Origin: Macrostomum hystrix
Taxonomy: Eukaryota; Animalia; Platyhelminthes
Direction of reading: 5' to 3'
Assembly: GCA_950097015.1 (NCBI GenBank)
Contig: CATNEN010000041.1
Coordinates: forward strand, 2,728,001 to 2,792,000
DNA length: 64,000 nucleotides
Shown: in pieces, positions 27,001 through 40,044 of the stretch
How the letters are laid out: each line of letters opens with the position of its first letter
Position numbering within the stretch: the first letter of the stretch is position 1
The notes under the pieces: model-generated
The model's database searches: none
What the model saw: the letters and a program-made list of their open reading frames with translations, nothing else
What the model was told of the DNA's origin: nothing
Made by a program: the position numbers and the translations under genes

Positions 27001-29189
27001 CCTCAGAATACATTCAGCCAGCTGTTATTCTCATAATGCATTCAGCCAGCTGATTATCATCAGAATACATTCAGCCAGCTGTTATCCTCAGAATACATTC
27101 AGCCAGCTGTTATACTCAGAATGCATTCAGCCAGCTGTTATACTCAGAATGCATTCAGCCAGCTGTTATCCTCAGAATACATTCAGCCAGCTGTTATACT
27201 CAGAATGCATTCAGCCAGCTGTTTTCCTCAGAATACATTCAGCCAGCTGTTATTCTCAGAATACATTCAGCCAGCTGTTATACTCAGAATGCATTCAGCC
27301 AGCTGTTATACTCAGAATGCATTCAGGCAGCTGTTTTCCTCAGAATGCATTCAGCCAGCTGTTATCCTCAGAATACTTTCAGCCAGCTGTTATACTCAGA
27401 ATACATTCAGCCAGCTGTTATACTCAGAATACATTCAGCCAGCTGTTATACTCAGAATGCATTCAGCCAGCTGTTATACTCAGAATGCATTCAGCCAGCT
27501 GTTATACTCAGAATGCATTCAGCCAGCTGTTATACTCAGAATACATTCAGCCAGCTGTTATACTCAGAATGCATTCAGCCAGCTGTTTTCCTCAGAATAC
27601 ATTCAGCCAGCTGTTATACTCAGAATGCATTCAGCCAGCTGTTATCCTCAGAATACTTTCAGCCAGCTGTTATCATCAGAATACATTCAGCCAGCTGTTA
27701 TTCTCAGAATACATTCAGCCAGCTGTTATACTCAGAATGCATTCAGCCAGCTGTTTTCCTCAGAATACATTCAGCCAGCTGTTATTCTCAGAATACATTC
27801 AGCCAGCTGTTATACTCAGAATACATTCAGCCAGCTGTTATACTCAGAATGCATTCAGCCAGCTGTTATCCTCAGAATGCATTCAGCCAGCTGTTATACT
27901 CAGAATGCATTCAGCCAGCTGTTATCACCAGAATGCATTCAGCCAGCTGTTATCACCAGAATGCATTCAGCCAGCTGTTATTCTCAGAATACATTCAGCC
28001 AGCTGTTATTCTCAGAATACATTCAGCCAGCTGTTATACTCAGAATGCATTCAGGCAGCTGTTATCACCAGAATGCATTCAGCCAGCTGTTATTCTCAGA
28101 ATACATTCAGCCAGCTGTTATTCTCAGAATGCATTCAGCCAGCTGATTATCATCAGAATACATTCAGCCAGCTGTTATACTCAGAATACATTCAGCCAGC
28201 TGTTATACTCAGAATGCATTCAGCCAGCTGTTATACTCAGAATGCATTCAGCCAGCTGTTATACTCAGAATGCATTCAGGCAGCTGTTTTCCTCAGAATG
28301 CATTCAGCCAGCTGTTATCCTCAGAATACTTTCAGCCAGCTGTTATACTCAGAATACATTCAGCCAGCTGTTATACTCAGAATACATTCAGCCAGCTGTT
28401 ATTCTCAGAATACATTCAGCCAGCTGTTATACTCAGAATGCATTCAGCCAGCTGTTATCCTCAGAATACATTCAGCCAGCTGTTATACTCAGAATGCATT
28501 CACCCAGCTGTTATACTCAGAATGCATTCAGCCAGCTGTTATCATCAGAATACATTCAGCCAGCTGTTATTCTCAGAATACATTCAGCCAGCTGTTATAC
28601 TCAGAATGCATTCAGCCAGCTGTTTTCCTCAGAATACATTCAGCCAGCTGTTATTCTCAGAATACATTCAGCCAGCTGTTATACTCAGAATGCATTCAGG
28701 CAGCTGTTTTCCTCAGAATGCATTCAGCCAGCTGTTATCCTCAGAATACATTCAGCCAGCTGTTATACTCAGAATACATTCAGCCAGCTGTTATACTCAG
28801 AATGCATTCAGCCAGCTGTTATACTCAGAATGCATTCAGCCAGCTGTTATCCTCAGAATACATTCAGCCAGCTGTTATTCTCTGAATGCATTCAGCCAGC
28901 TGATTATCATCAGAATACATTCAGCCAGCTGTTATCCTCAGAATACATTCAGCCAGCTGTTATACTCAGAATGCATTCAGCCAGCTGTTATACTCAGAAT
29001 GCATTCAGCCAGCTGTTATCCTCAGAATACATTCAGCCAGCTGTTATACTCAGAATGCATTCAGCCAGCTGTTTTCCTCAGAATACATTCAGCCAGCTGT
29101 TATTCTCAGAATACATTCAGCCAGCTGTTATACTCAGAATGCATTCAGCCAGCTGTTATACTCAGAATGCATTCAGGCAGCTGTTTTCC

Positions 29190-32100
29190 TCAGAATGCAT
29201 TCAGCCAGCTGTTATCCTCAGAATACTTTCAGCCAGCTGTTATACTCAGAATACATTCAGCCAGCTGTTATACTCAGAATACATTCAGCCAGCTGTTATA
29301 CTCAGAATGCATTCAGCCAGCTGTTATACTCAGAATGCATTCAGCCAGCTGTTATACTCAGAATGCATTCAGCCAGCTGTTATACTCAGAATACATTCAG
29401 CCAGCTGTTATACTCAGAATGCATTCAGCCAGCTGTTTTCCTCAGAATACATTCAGCCAGCTGTTATACTCAGAATGCATTCAGCCAGCTGTTATTCTCA
29501 GAATACATTCAGCCAGCTGTTATACTCAGAATGCATTCAGCCAGCTGTTATCCTCAGAATACATTCAGCCAGCTGTTATCATCAGAATACATTCAGCCAG
29601 CTGTTATCCTCAGAATGCATTCAGCTAGCTGTAATACTCAGAATGCATTCAGCCAGCTGTTATCACCAGAATGCATTCAGCCAGCTGTTATACTCAGAAT
29701 GCATTCAGCCAGCTGTTATACTCAGAATGCATTCAGCCAGCTGTTATACTCAGAATGCATTCAGCCAGCTGTTATCATCAGAATGCATTCAGCCAGCTGT
29801 TATCCTCAGAATACATTCAGCCAGCTGTTGTCCTCAGAATACATTCAGCCAGCTGTTATTCTCAGAATGCATTCAGCCAGCTGTTATACTCAGAATGCAT
29901 TCAGGCAGCTGTTATCACCAGAATGCATTCAGCCAGCTGTTATCACCAGAATGCATTCAGCCAGCTGTTATTCTCAGAATACATTCAGCCAGCTGTTATT
30001 CTCAGAATACATTCAGCCAGCTGTTATTCTCAGAATACATTCAGCCAGCTGTTATTCTCAGAATACATTCAGCCAGCTGTTATTCTCAGAATGCATTCAG
30101 CCAGCTGTTATACTCAGAATGCATTCAGCTAGCTGTTATCCTCAGAATGCATTCAGCCAGCTGTTATCATCAGAATACATTCACCCAGCTGTTATACTCA
30201 GAATGCATTCAGCCAGCTGTTATCCTCAGAATGCATTCAGCCAGCTGTTATACTCAGAATGCATTCAGCCAGCTGTTATCACCAGAATGCATTCAGCCAG
30301 CTGTTATCACCAGAATGCATTCAGCCAGCTGTTATTCTCAGAATGCATTCAGCCAGCTGTTATTCTCAGAATACATTCAGCCAGCTGTTATACTCAGAAT
30401 GCATTCAGGCAGCTGTTATCACCAGAATGCATTCAGCCAGCTGTTATTCTCAGAATACATTTAGCCAGCTGTTATTCTCAGAATGCATTCAGCCAGCTGA
30501 TTATCATCAGAATACATTCAGCCAGCTGTTATACTCAGAATACATTCAGCCAGCTGTTATACTCAGAATGCATTCAGCCAGCTGTTATACTCAGAATGCA
30601 TTCAGCCAGCTGTTATCCTCAGAATACATTCAGCCAGCTGTTATACTCAGAATGCATTCAGCCAGCTGTTTTCCTCAGAATACATTCAGCCAGCTGTTAT
30701 TCTCAGAATACATTCAGCCAGCTGTTATACTCAGAATGCATTCAGCCAGCTGTTATACTCAGAATGCATTCAGGCAGCTGTTTTCCTCAGAATGCATTCA
30801 GCCAGCTGTTATCCTCAGAATACTTTCAGCCAGCTGTTATACTCAGAATACATTCAGCCAGCTGTTATACTCAGAATACATTCAGCCAGCTGTTATACTC
30901 AGAATGCATTCAGCCAGCTGTTATACTCAGAATGCATTCAGCCAGCTGTTATACTCAGAATGCATTCAGCCAGCTGTTATACTCAGAATACATTCAGCCA
31001 GCTGTTATACTCAGAATGCATTCAGCCAGCTGTTTTCCTCAGAATACATTCAGCCAGCTGTTATACTCAGAATGCATTCAGCCAGCTGTTATTCTCAGAA
31101 TACATTCAGCCAGCTGTTATACTCAGAATGCATTCAGCCAGCTGTTATCCTCAGAATACATTCAGCCAGCTGTTATCATCAGAATACATTCAGCCAGCTG
31201 TTATCCTCAGAATGCATTCAGCTAGCTGTTATCATCAGAATACATTCAGCCAGCTGTTATCCTCAGAATGCATTCAGCTAGCTGTAATACTCAGAATGCA
31301 TTCAGCCAGCTGTTATCACCAGAATGCATTCAGCCAGCTGTTATACTCAGAATGCATTCAGCCAGCTGTTATACTCAGAATGCATTCAGCCAGCTGTTAT
31401 ACTCAGAATGCATTCAGCCAGCTGTTATCATCAGAATGCATTCAGCCAGCTGTTATCCTCAGAATACATTCAGCCAGCTGTTGTCCTCAGAATACATTCA
31501 GCCAGCTGTTATTCTCAGAATGCATTCAGCCAGCTGTTATACTCAGAATGCATTCAGGCAGCTGTTATCACCAGAATGCATTCAGCCAGCTGTTATCACC
31601 AGAATGCATTCAGCCAGCTGTTATTCTCAGAATACATTCAGCCAGCTGTTATTCTCAGAATACATTCAGCCAGCTGTTATTCTCAGAATACATTCAGCCA
31701 GCTGTTATTCTCAGAATACATTCAGCCAGCTGTTATTCTCAGAATGCATTCAGCCAGCTGTTATACTCAGAATGCATTCAGCTAGCTGTTATCCTCAGAA
31801 TGCATTCAGCCAGCTGTTATCATCAGAATACATTCACCCAGCTGTTATACTCAGAATGCATTCAGCCAGCTGTTATCCTCAGAATGCATTCAGCCAGCTG
31901 TTATACTCAGAATGCATTCAGCCAGCTGTTATCACCAGAATGCATTCAGCCAGCTGTTATCACCAGAATGCATTCAGCCAGCTGTTATTCTCAGAATGCA
32001 TTCAGCCAGCTGTTATTCTCAGAATACATTCAGCCAGCTGTTATACTCAGAATGCATTCAGGCAGCTGTTATCACCAGAATGCATTCAGCCAGCTGTTAT

Positions 32101-33900
32101 TCTCAGAATACATTTAGCCAGCTGTTATTCTCAGAATGCATTCAGCCAGCTGATTATCATCAGAATACATTCAGCCAGCTGTTATACTCAGAATACATTC
32201 AGCCAGCTGTTATACTCAGAATGCATTCAGCCAGCTGTTATACTCAGAATGCATTCAGCCAGCTGTTATCCTCAGAATACATTCAGCCAGCTGTTATACT
32301 CAGAATGCATTCAGCCAGCTGTTTTCCTCAGAATACATTCAGCCAGCTGTTATTCTCAGAATACATTCAGCCAGCTGTTATACTCAGAATGCATTCAGCC
32401 AGCTGTTATACTCAGAATGCATTCAGGCAGCTGTTTTCCTCAGAATGCATTCAGCCAGCTGTTATCCTCAGAATACTTTCAGCCAGCTGTTATACTCAGA
32501 ATACATTCAGCCAGCTGTTATACTCAGAATACATTCAGCCAGCTGTTATACTCAGAATGCATTCAGCCAGCTGTTATACTCAGAATGCATTCAGCCAGCT
32601 GTTATACTCAGAATGCATTCAGCCAGCTGTTATACTCAGAATACATTCAGCCAGCTGTTATACTCAGAATGCATTCAGCCAGCTGTTTTCCTCAGAATAC
32701 ATTCAGCCAGCTGTTATACTCAGAATGCATTCAGCCAGCTGTTATTCTCAGAATACATTCAGCCAGCTGTTATACTCAGAATGCATTCAGCCAGCTGTTA
32801 TCCTCAGAATACATTCAGCCAGCTGTTATCATCAGAATACATTCAGCCAGCTGTTATCCTCAGAATGCATTCAGCTAGCTGTAATACTCAGAATGCATTC
32901 AGCCAGCTGTTATCACCAGAATGCATTCAGCCAGCTGTTATACTCAGAATGCATTCAGCCAGCTGTTATACTCAGAATGCATTCAGCCAGCTGTTATACT
33001 CAGAATGCATTCAGCCAGCTGTTATCATCAGAATGCATTCAGCCAGCTGTTATCCTCAGAATACATTCAGCCAGCTGTTGTCCTCAGAATACATTCAGCC
33101 AGCTGTTATTCTCAGAATGCATTCAGCCAGCTGTTATACTCAGAATGCATTCAGGCAGCTGTTATCACCAGAATGCATTCAGCCAGCTGTTATCACCAGA
33201 ATGCATTCAGCCAGCTGTTATTCTCAGAATACATTCAGCCAGCTGTTATTCTCAGAATACATTCAGCCAGCTGTTATTCTCAGAATACATTCAGCCAGCT
33301 GTTATTCTCAGAATACATTCAGCCAGCTGTTATTCTCAGAATGCATTCAGCCAGCTGTTATACTCAGAATGCATTCAGCTAGCTGTTATCCTCAGAATGC
33401 ATTCAGCCAGCTGTTATCATCAGAATACATTCACCCAGCTGTTATACTCAGAATGCATTCAGCCAGCTGTTATCCTCAGAATGCATTCAGCCAGCTGTTA
33501 TACTCAGAATGCATTCAGCCAGCTGTTATCACCAGAATGCATTCAGCCAGCTGTTATCACCAGAATGCATTCAGCCAGCTGTTATTCTCAGAATGCATTC
33601 AGCCAGCTGTTATTCTCAGAATACATTCAGCCAGCTGTTATACTCAGAATGCATTCAGCCAGCTGTTATCACCAGAATGCATTCAGCCAGCTGTTATTCT
33701 CAGAATACATTTAGCCAGCTGTTATTCTCAGAATGCATTCAGCCAGCTGATTATCATCAGAATACATTCAGCCAGCTGTTATACTCAGAATACATTCAGC
33801 CAGCTGTTATACTCAGAATGCATTCAGCCAGCTGTTATACTCAGAATGCATTCAGCCAGCTGTTATCCTCAGAATACATTCAGCCAGCTGTTATTCTCAG
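29190..33900 (+). repeat. Three tandem copies of a unit of about 1.6 kb (1653 and 1597 bp; 59 and 57 monomers)
   Basis: Three markers each occur three times with the same spacing: TTGTCCT at 29830/31483/33080, TCACCCAG at 30184/31837/33434, and CATTTAG with TAG ending at 30464/32117/33714. Confidence 0.93.
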
Positions 33901-34689
33901 AATGCATTCAGCCAGCTGATTATCATCAGAATACATTCAGCCAGCTGTTATCCTCAGAATACATTCAGCCAGCTGTTATACTCAGAATGCATTCAGCCAG
34001 CTGTTATACTCAGAATGCATTCAGCCAGCTGTTATCCTCAGAATACATTCAGCCAGCTGTTATACTCAGAATGCATTCAGCCAGCTGCTTTCCTCAGAAT
34101 ACATTCAGCCAGCTGTTATTCTCAGAATACATTCAGCCAGCTGTTATACTCAGAATGCATTCAGCCAGCTGTTATACTCAGAATGCATTCAGGCAGCTGT
34201 TTTCCTCAGAATGCATTCAGCCAGCTGTTATCCTCAGAATACTTTCAGCCAGCTGTTATACTCAGAATACATTCAGCCAGCTGTTATACTCAGAATACAT
34301 TCAGCCAGCTGTTATACTCAGAATGCATTCAGCCAGCTGTTATACTCAGAATGCATTCAGCCAGCTGTTATACTCAGAATGCATTCAGCCAGCTGTTATA
34401 CTCAGAATGCATTCAGCCAGCTGTTATACTCAGAATGCATTCAGCCAGCTGTTATACTCAGAATGCATTCAGCCAGCTGTTATACTCAGAATGCATTCAG
34501 CCAGCTGTTATCCTCAGAATACATTCAGCCAGCTGTTATACTCAGAATACATTCAGCCAGCTGTTATTCTCAGAATACATTCCGCCAGCTGTTATACTCA
34601 GAATGCATTCAGCCAGCTGTTATACTCAGAATGCATTCAGCCAGCTGTTATCCTCAGAATACATTCAGCCAGCTGTTATTCTCAGAATG

Positions 34690-37600
34690 CATTCAGCCAG
34701 CTGATTATCATCAGAATACATTCAGCCAGCTGTTATCCTCAGAATACATTCAGCCAGCTGTTATACTCAGAATGCATTCAGCCAGCTGTTATACTCAGAA
34801 TGCATTCAGCCAGCTGTTATCCTCAGAATACATTCAGCCAGCTGTTATACTCAGAATGCATTCAGCCAGCTGTTTTCCTCAGAATACATTCAGCCAGCTG
34901 TTATTCTCAGAATACATTCAGCCAGCTGTTATACTCAGAATGCATTCAGCCAGCTGTTATACTCAGAATGCATTCAGGCAGCTGTTATACTCAGAATGCA
35001 TTCAGCCAGCTGTTATCCTCAGAATACTTTCAGCCAGCTGTTATACTCAGAATACATTCAGCCAGCTGTTATACTCAGAATGCATTCAGCCAGCTGTTAT
35101 ACTCAGAATGCATTCAGCCAGCTGTTATACTCAGAATGCATTCAGCCAGCTGTTATACTCAGAATGCATTCAGCCAGCTGTTATACTCAGAATACATTCA
35201 GCCAGCTGTTATACTCAGAATGCATTCAGCCAGCTGTTTTCCTCAGAATACATTCAGCCAGCTGTTATACTCAGAATGCATTCAGCCAGCTGTTATTCTC
35301 AGAATACATTCAGCCAGCTGTTATACTCAGAATGCATTCAGCCAGCTGTTATCCTCAGAATACATTCAGCCAGCTGTTATCATCAGAATACATTCAGCCA
35401 GCTGTTATCCTCAGAATGCATTCAGCTAGCTGTAATACTCAGAATGCATTCAGCCAGCTGTTATCACCAGAATGCATTCAGCCAGCTGTTATACTCAGAA
35501 TGCATTCAGCCAGCTGTTATACTCAGAATGCATTCAGCCAGCTGTTATCCTCAGAATACATTCAGCCAGCTGTTATCCTCAGAATGCATTCAGCCAGCTG
35601 TTATACTCAGAATGCATTCAGCCAGCTGTTATACTCAGAATGCATTCAGCCAGCTGTTATACTCAGAATGCATTCAGCCAGCTGTTATACTCAGAATGCA
35701 TTCAGCCAGCTGTTATCCTCAGAATACATTCAGCCAGCTGTTATACTCAGAATACATTCAGCCAGCTGTTATTCTCAGAATACATTCCGCCAGCTGTTAT
35801 CCTCAGAATGCATTCAGCCAGCTGTTATACTCAGAATGCATTCAGCCAGCTGTTATCATCAGAATACATTCAGCCAGCTGTTATTCTCAGAATACATTCA
35901 GCCAGCTGTTATACTCAGAATGCATTCAGCCAGCTGTTTTCCTCAGAATACATTCAGCCAGCTGTTATTCTCAGAATACATTCAGCCAGCTGTTATACTC
36001 AGAATGCATTCAGCCAGCTGTTATCCTCAGAATACATTCAGCCAGCTGTTATACTCAGAATGCATTCACCCAGCTGTTATACTCAGAATGCATTCAGCCA
36101 GCTGTTATCATCAGAATACATTCAGCCAGCTGTTATTCTCAGAATACATTCAGCCAGCTGTTATACTCAGAATGCATTCAGCCAGCTGTTTTCCTCAGAA
36201 TACATTCAGCCAGCTGTTATTCTCAGAATACATTCAGCCAGCTGTTATACTCAGAATGCATTCAGGCAGCTGTTTTCCTCAGAATGCATTCAGCCAGCTG
36301 TTATCCTCAGAATACATTCAGCCAGCTGTTATACTCAGAATACATTCAGCCAGCTGTTATACTCAGAATGCATTCAGCCAGCTGTTATACTCAGAATGCA
36401 TTCAGCCAGCTGTTATCCTCAGAATACATTCAGCCAGCTGTTATTCTCAGAATGCATTCAGCCAGCTGATTATCATCAGAATACATTCAGCCAGCTGTTA
36501 TCCTCAGAATACATTCAGCCAGCTGTTATACTCAGAATGCATTCAGCCAGCTGTTATACTCAGAATGCATTCAGCCAGCTGTTATCCTCAGAATACATTC
36601 AGCCAGCTGTTATACTCAGAATGCATTCAGCCAGCTGTTTTCCTCAGAATACATTCAGCCAGCTGTTATTCTCAGAATACATTCAGCCAGCTGTTATACT
36701 CAGAATGCATTCAGCCAGCTGTTATACTCAGAATGCATTCAGGCAGCTGTTTTCCTCAGAATGCATTCAGCCAGCTGTTATCCTCAGAATACTTTCAGCC
36801 AGCTGTTATACTCAGAATACATTCAGCCAGCTGTTATACTCAGAATACATTCAGCCAGCTGTTATACTCAGAATGCATTCAGCCAGCTGTTATACTCAGA
36901 ATGCATTCAGCCAGCTGTTTTACTCAGAATGCATTCAGCCAGCTGTTATACTCAGAATACATTCAGCCAGCTGTTATACTCAGAATGCATTCAGCCAGCT
37001 GTTTTCCTCAGAATACATTCAGCCAGCTGTTATACTCAGAATGCATTCAGCCAGCTGTTATTCTCAGAATACATTCAGCCAGCTGTTATACTCAGAATGC
37101 ATTCAGCCAGCTGTTATCCTCAGAATACATTCAGCCAGCTGTTATCATCAGAATACATTCAGCCAGCTGTTATCCTCAGAATGCATTCAGCTAGCTGTAA
37201 TACTCAGAATGCATTCAGCCAGCTGTTATCACCAGAATGCATTCAGCCAGCTGTTATACTCAGAATGCATTCAGCCAGCTGTTATACTCAGAATGCATTC
37301 AGCCAGCTGTTATCCTCAGAATACATTCAGCCAGCTGTTATCCTCAGAATGCATTCAGCCAGCTGTTATACTCAGAATGCATTCAGCCAGCTGTTATACT
37401 CAGAATGCATTCAGCCAGCTGTTATACTCAGAATGCATTCAGCCAGCTGTTATACTCAGAATGCATTCAGCCAGCTGTTATCCTCAGAATACATTCAGCC
37501 AGCTGTTATACTCAGAATACATTCAGCCAGCTGTTATTCTCAGAATACATTCAGCCAGCTGTTATCCTCAGAATGCATTCAGCCAGCTGTTATACTCAGA

Positions 37601-38100
37601 ATGCATTCAGCCAGCTGTTATCATCAGAATGCATTCAGCCAGCTGTTATTCTCAGAATACATTCAGCCAGCTGTTATACTCAGAATGCATTCAGCCAGCT
37701 GTTATCCTCAGAATACATTCAGCCAGCTGTTATTCTCAGAATACATTCAGCCAGCTGTTATACTCAGAATGCATTCAGCCAGCTGTTATCCTCAGAATAC
37801 ATTCAGCCAGCTGTTATACTCAGAATGCATTCACCCAGCTGTTATACTCAGAATGCATTCAGCCAGCTGTTATCATCAGAATACATTCAGCCAGCTGTTA
37901 TTCTCAGAATACATTCAGCCTGCTGTTATACTCAGAATGCATTCAGCCAGCTGTTTTCCTCAGAATACATTCAGCCAGCTGTTATTCTCAGAATACATTC
38001 AGCCAGCTGTTATACTCAGAATGCATTCAGGCAGCTGTTTTCCTCAGAATGCATTCAGCCAGCTGTTATCCTCAGAATACATTCAGCCAGCTGTTATACT
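34690..38100 (+). repeat. 63-monomer higher-order repeat (1765 bp), tandem example. The unit carries one +A monomer and one CTAG/TAA double-variant monomer.
   Basis: 34704->36469, 35429->37194, 35472->37237 and 34996->36761 are all +1765 (63x28+1). The same spacing occurs at 6826->8591, 12967->14732, 22438->24203, 48638->50403 and 54694->56459. Confidence 0.9.
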
Positions 38101-40044
38101 CAGAATGCATTCAGCCAGCTGATTATCATCAGAATACATTCAGCCAGCTGTTATACTCAGAATGCATTCAGCCAGCTGTTATACTCAGAATGCATTCAGC
38201 CAGCTGTTATACTCAGAATGCATTCAGCCAGCTGTTATACTCAGAATGCATTCAGCCAGCTGTTATACTCAGAATGCATTCAGCCAGCTGTTATACTCAG
38301 AATGCATTCAGCCAGCTGTTATTCTCAGAATACATTCAGCCAGCTGTTATACTCAGAATGCATTCAGGCAGCTGTTATCACCAGAATGCATTCAGCCAGC
38401 TGTTATTCTCAGAATACATTCAGCCAGCTGTTATTCTCAGAATGCATTCAGCCAGCTGATTATCATCAGAATACATTCAGCCAGCTGTTATACTCAGAAT
38501 ACATTCAGCCAACTGTTATACTCAGAATGCATTCAGCCAGCTGTTATACTCAGAATGCATTCAGCCAGCTGTTATCCTCAGAATACATTCAGCCAGCTGT
38601 TATTCTCAGAATGCATTCAGCCAGCTGATTATCATCAGAATACATTCAGCCAGCTGTTATCCTCAGAATACATTCAGCCAGCTGTTATACTCAGAATGCA
38701 TTCAGCCAGCTGTTATACTCAGAATGCATTCAGCCAGCTGTTATCCTCAGAATACATTCAGCCAGCTGTTATACTCAGAATGCATTCAGCCAGCTGTTTT
38801 CCTCAGAATACATTCAGCCAGCTGTTATTCTCAGAATACATTCAGCCAGCTGTTATACTCAGAATGCATTCAGCCAGCTGTTATACTCAGAATGCATTCA
38901 GCCAGCTGTTATACTCAGAATGCATTCAGGCAGCTGTTTTCCTCAGAATGCATTCAGCCAGCTGTTATCCTCAGAATACTTTCAGCCAGCTGTTATCATC
39001 AGAATACATTCAGCCAGCTGTTATTCTCAGAATGCATTCAGCCAGCTGTTATACTCAGAATGCATTCAGGCAGCTGTTATCACCAGAATGCATTCAGCCA
39101 GCTGTTATCACCAGAATGCATTCAGCCAGCTGTTATTCTCAGAATACATTCAGCCAGCTGTTATTCTCAGAATACATTCAGCCAGCTGTTATTCTCAGAA
39201 TACATTCAGCCAGCTGTTATTCTCAGAATACATTCAGCCAGCTGTTATTCTCAGAATGCATTCAGCCAGCTGTTATACTCAGAATGCATTCAGCTAGCTG
39301 TTATCCTCAGAATGCATTCAGCCAGCTGTTATCATCAGAATACATTCAGCCAGCTGTTATACTCAGAATGCATTCAGCCAGCTGTTATCCTCAGAATGCA
39401 TTCAGCTAGCTGTTATACTCAGAATACATTCAGCCAGCTGTTATACTCAGAATGCATTCAGCCAGCTGTTATCCTCAGAATGCATTCAGCCAGCTGTTAT
39501 ACTCAGAATGCATTCAGCCAGCTGTTATCACCAGAATGCATTCAGCCAGCTGTTATCACCAGAATGCATTCAGCCAGCTGTTATTCTCAGAATGCATTCA
39601 GCCAGCTGTTATTCTCAGAATACATTCAGCCAGCTGTTATACTCAGAATGCATTCAGGCAGCTGTTATCACCAGAATGCATTCAGCCAGCTGTTATTCTC
39701 AGAATACATTCAGCCAGCTGTTATTCTCAGAATGCATTCAGCCAGCTGATTATCATCAGAATACATTCAGCCAGCTGTTATACTCAGAATACATTCAGCC
39801 AGCTGTTATACTCAGAATGCATTCAGCCAGCTGTTATACTCAGAATGCATTCAGCCAGCTGTTATCCTCAGAATACATTCAGCCAGCTGTTATTCTCAGA
39901 ATGCATTCAGCCAGCTGATTATCATCAGAATACATTCAGCCAGCTGTTATCCTCAGAATACATTCAGCCAGCTGTTATACTCAGAATGCATTCAGCCAGC
40001 TGTTATACTCAGAATGCATTCAGCCAGCTGTTATCCTCAGAATA

